In this document: piece after piece, positions 63,410-64,000 of the stretch
Position numbering within the stretch: the first letter of the stretch is position 1
Layout of the letters: every line of letters starts with the position of its first letter
Origin: Ruditapes philippinarum
Lineage: Eukaryota
Length of the DNA: 64,000 nucleotides
Assembly (NCBI RefSeq): GCF_026571515.1
Contig: NW_026856125.1
Span: 496,001 to 560,000, forward strand
Direction of reading: 5' to 3'
Notes under the pieces: model-generated
The model's database searches: none
Told to the model about the DNA's origin: nothing
What the model saw: only the letters and a program-made list of their open reading frames with translations
Position numbers and translations under genes: made by a program

Positions 63410-64000
63410 TTAACTCACTCTACTGATTTAGAATTACTCAACAATTATTGCACAAAAGACAACAATTACGTTACTGTAACAGTATATAGTATCAGTATGT
63501 TTTTTAAACAACGTTTGGTGAGCGTCTTTGTGGTTCGAAATTGATTCTTGCTTTCCATTTATAAAATTGGCTTATCATTTTTGTTGAAATGAAAGTGTTT
63601 ATGTTTTTACAATCTGATCTTTTTCTTGCATTGGTGTAAAATTCGTTTAATGACAATAAAATCATTTTAGAATAACTTAATAAATCAATCATTGTAAACA
63701 TTTTTTATTAAAGTATTCGCCTAACATTTTGTTCATATCTATAGGTTTTAAACAAAGTCATACATTTTTCACCTTTTAGTCTTGAAGCTTTAACAAATAA
63801 GCTGATAAATAGTGTGTGCTTTAACTTCCTTTACGAGAAAAAGAAAACACATTAGAACAACTGACTTTCAACAGTATCCATTACCCCAATTTGTTCTTAA
63901 GACGTAAAATATAGTCAAACAAAAGTTACAAAATTATTTTTTTATCTTTTTATCAATTATATTTGTCTAAGTTAGTAATCCAAACAATAAAATAATTTCC

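Overview
AT-rich, intron-rich animal genomic DNA. The repeat landscape (HINE-type tandem-repeat elements, tRNA-SINEs, Kolobok/Crypton-like MITEs) suggests a bivalve mollusc; this is inference. Two gene types lie tail-to-tail inside a tandem segmental duplication (about 70-11845 ~ 19990-41925). (1) A + strand secreted PAN/Apple + C-type lectin gene in two copies: copy 1 has exons 2-4 in the window; copy 2 (19104-23835) is complete but has an in-frame 25-codon deletion of the long loop and a hyper-divergent last exon. (2) A - strand secreted protein gene (59295 to 32781): signal peptide, RR|FLL pro-site, a 6-Cys module, 9 intact EGF/cbEGF exons, 3 decayed EGF exons and a terminal TSP1 exon. The most striking structure is a very young 3.03-kb composite-type DNA element (32821-35850). 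It has two near-identical ~470-bp direct repeats, each with GG..CC inverted ends, one 4-bp TSD and a non-coding core (KolobokP-like). It splits the TSP1 exon and supplies a new C-terminus, while an orphan duplicate of that exon lies 27 kb downstream. The rest is transposon debris: mariner, pogo, hAT, piggyBac, IS3EU-like and Crypton-like elements, two LINEs and SINEs. All exon calls were made by eye from splice signals and reading frame; there is no expression evidence.
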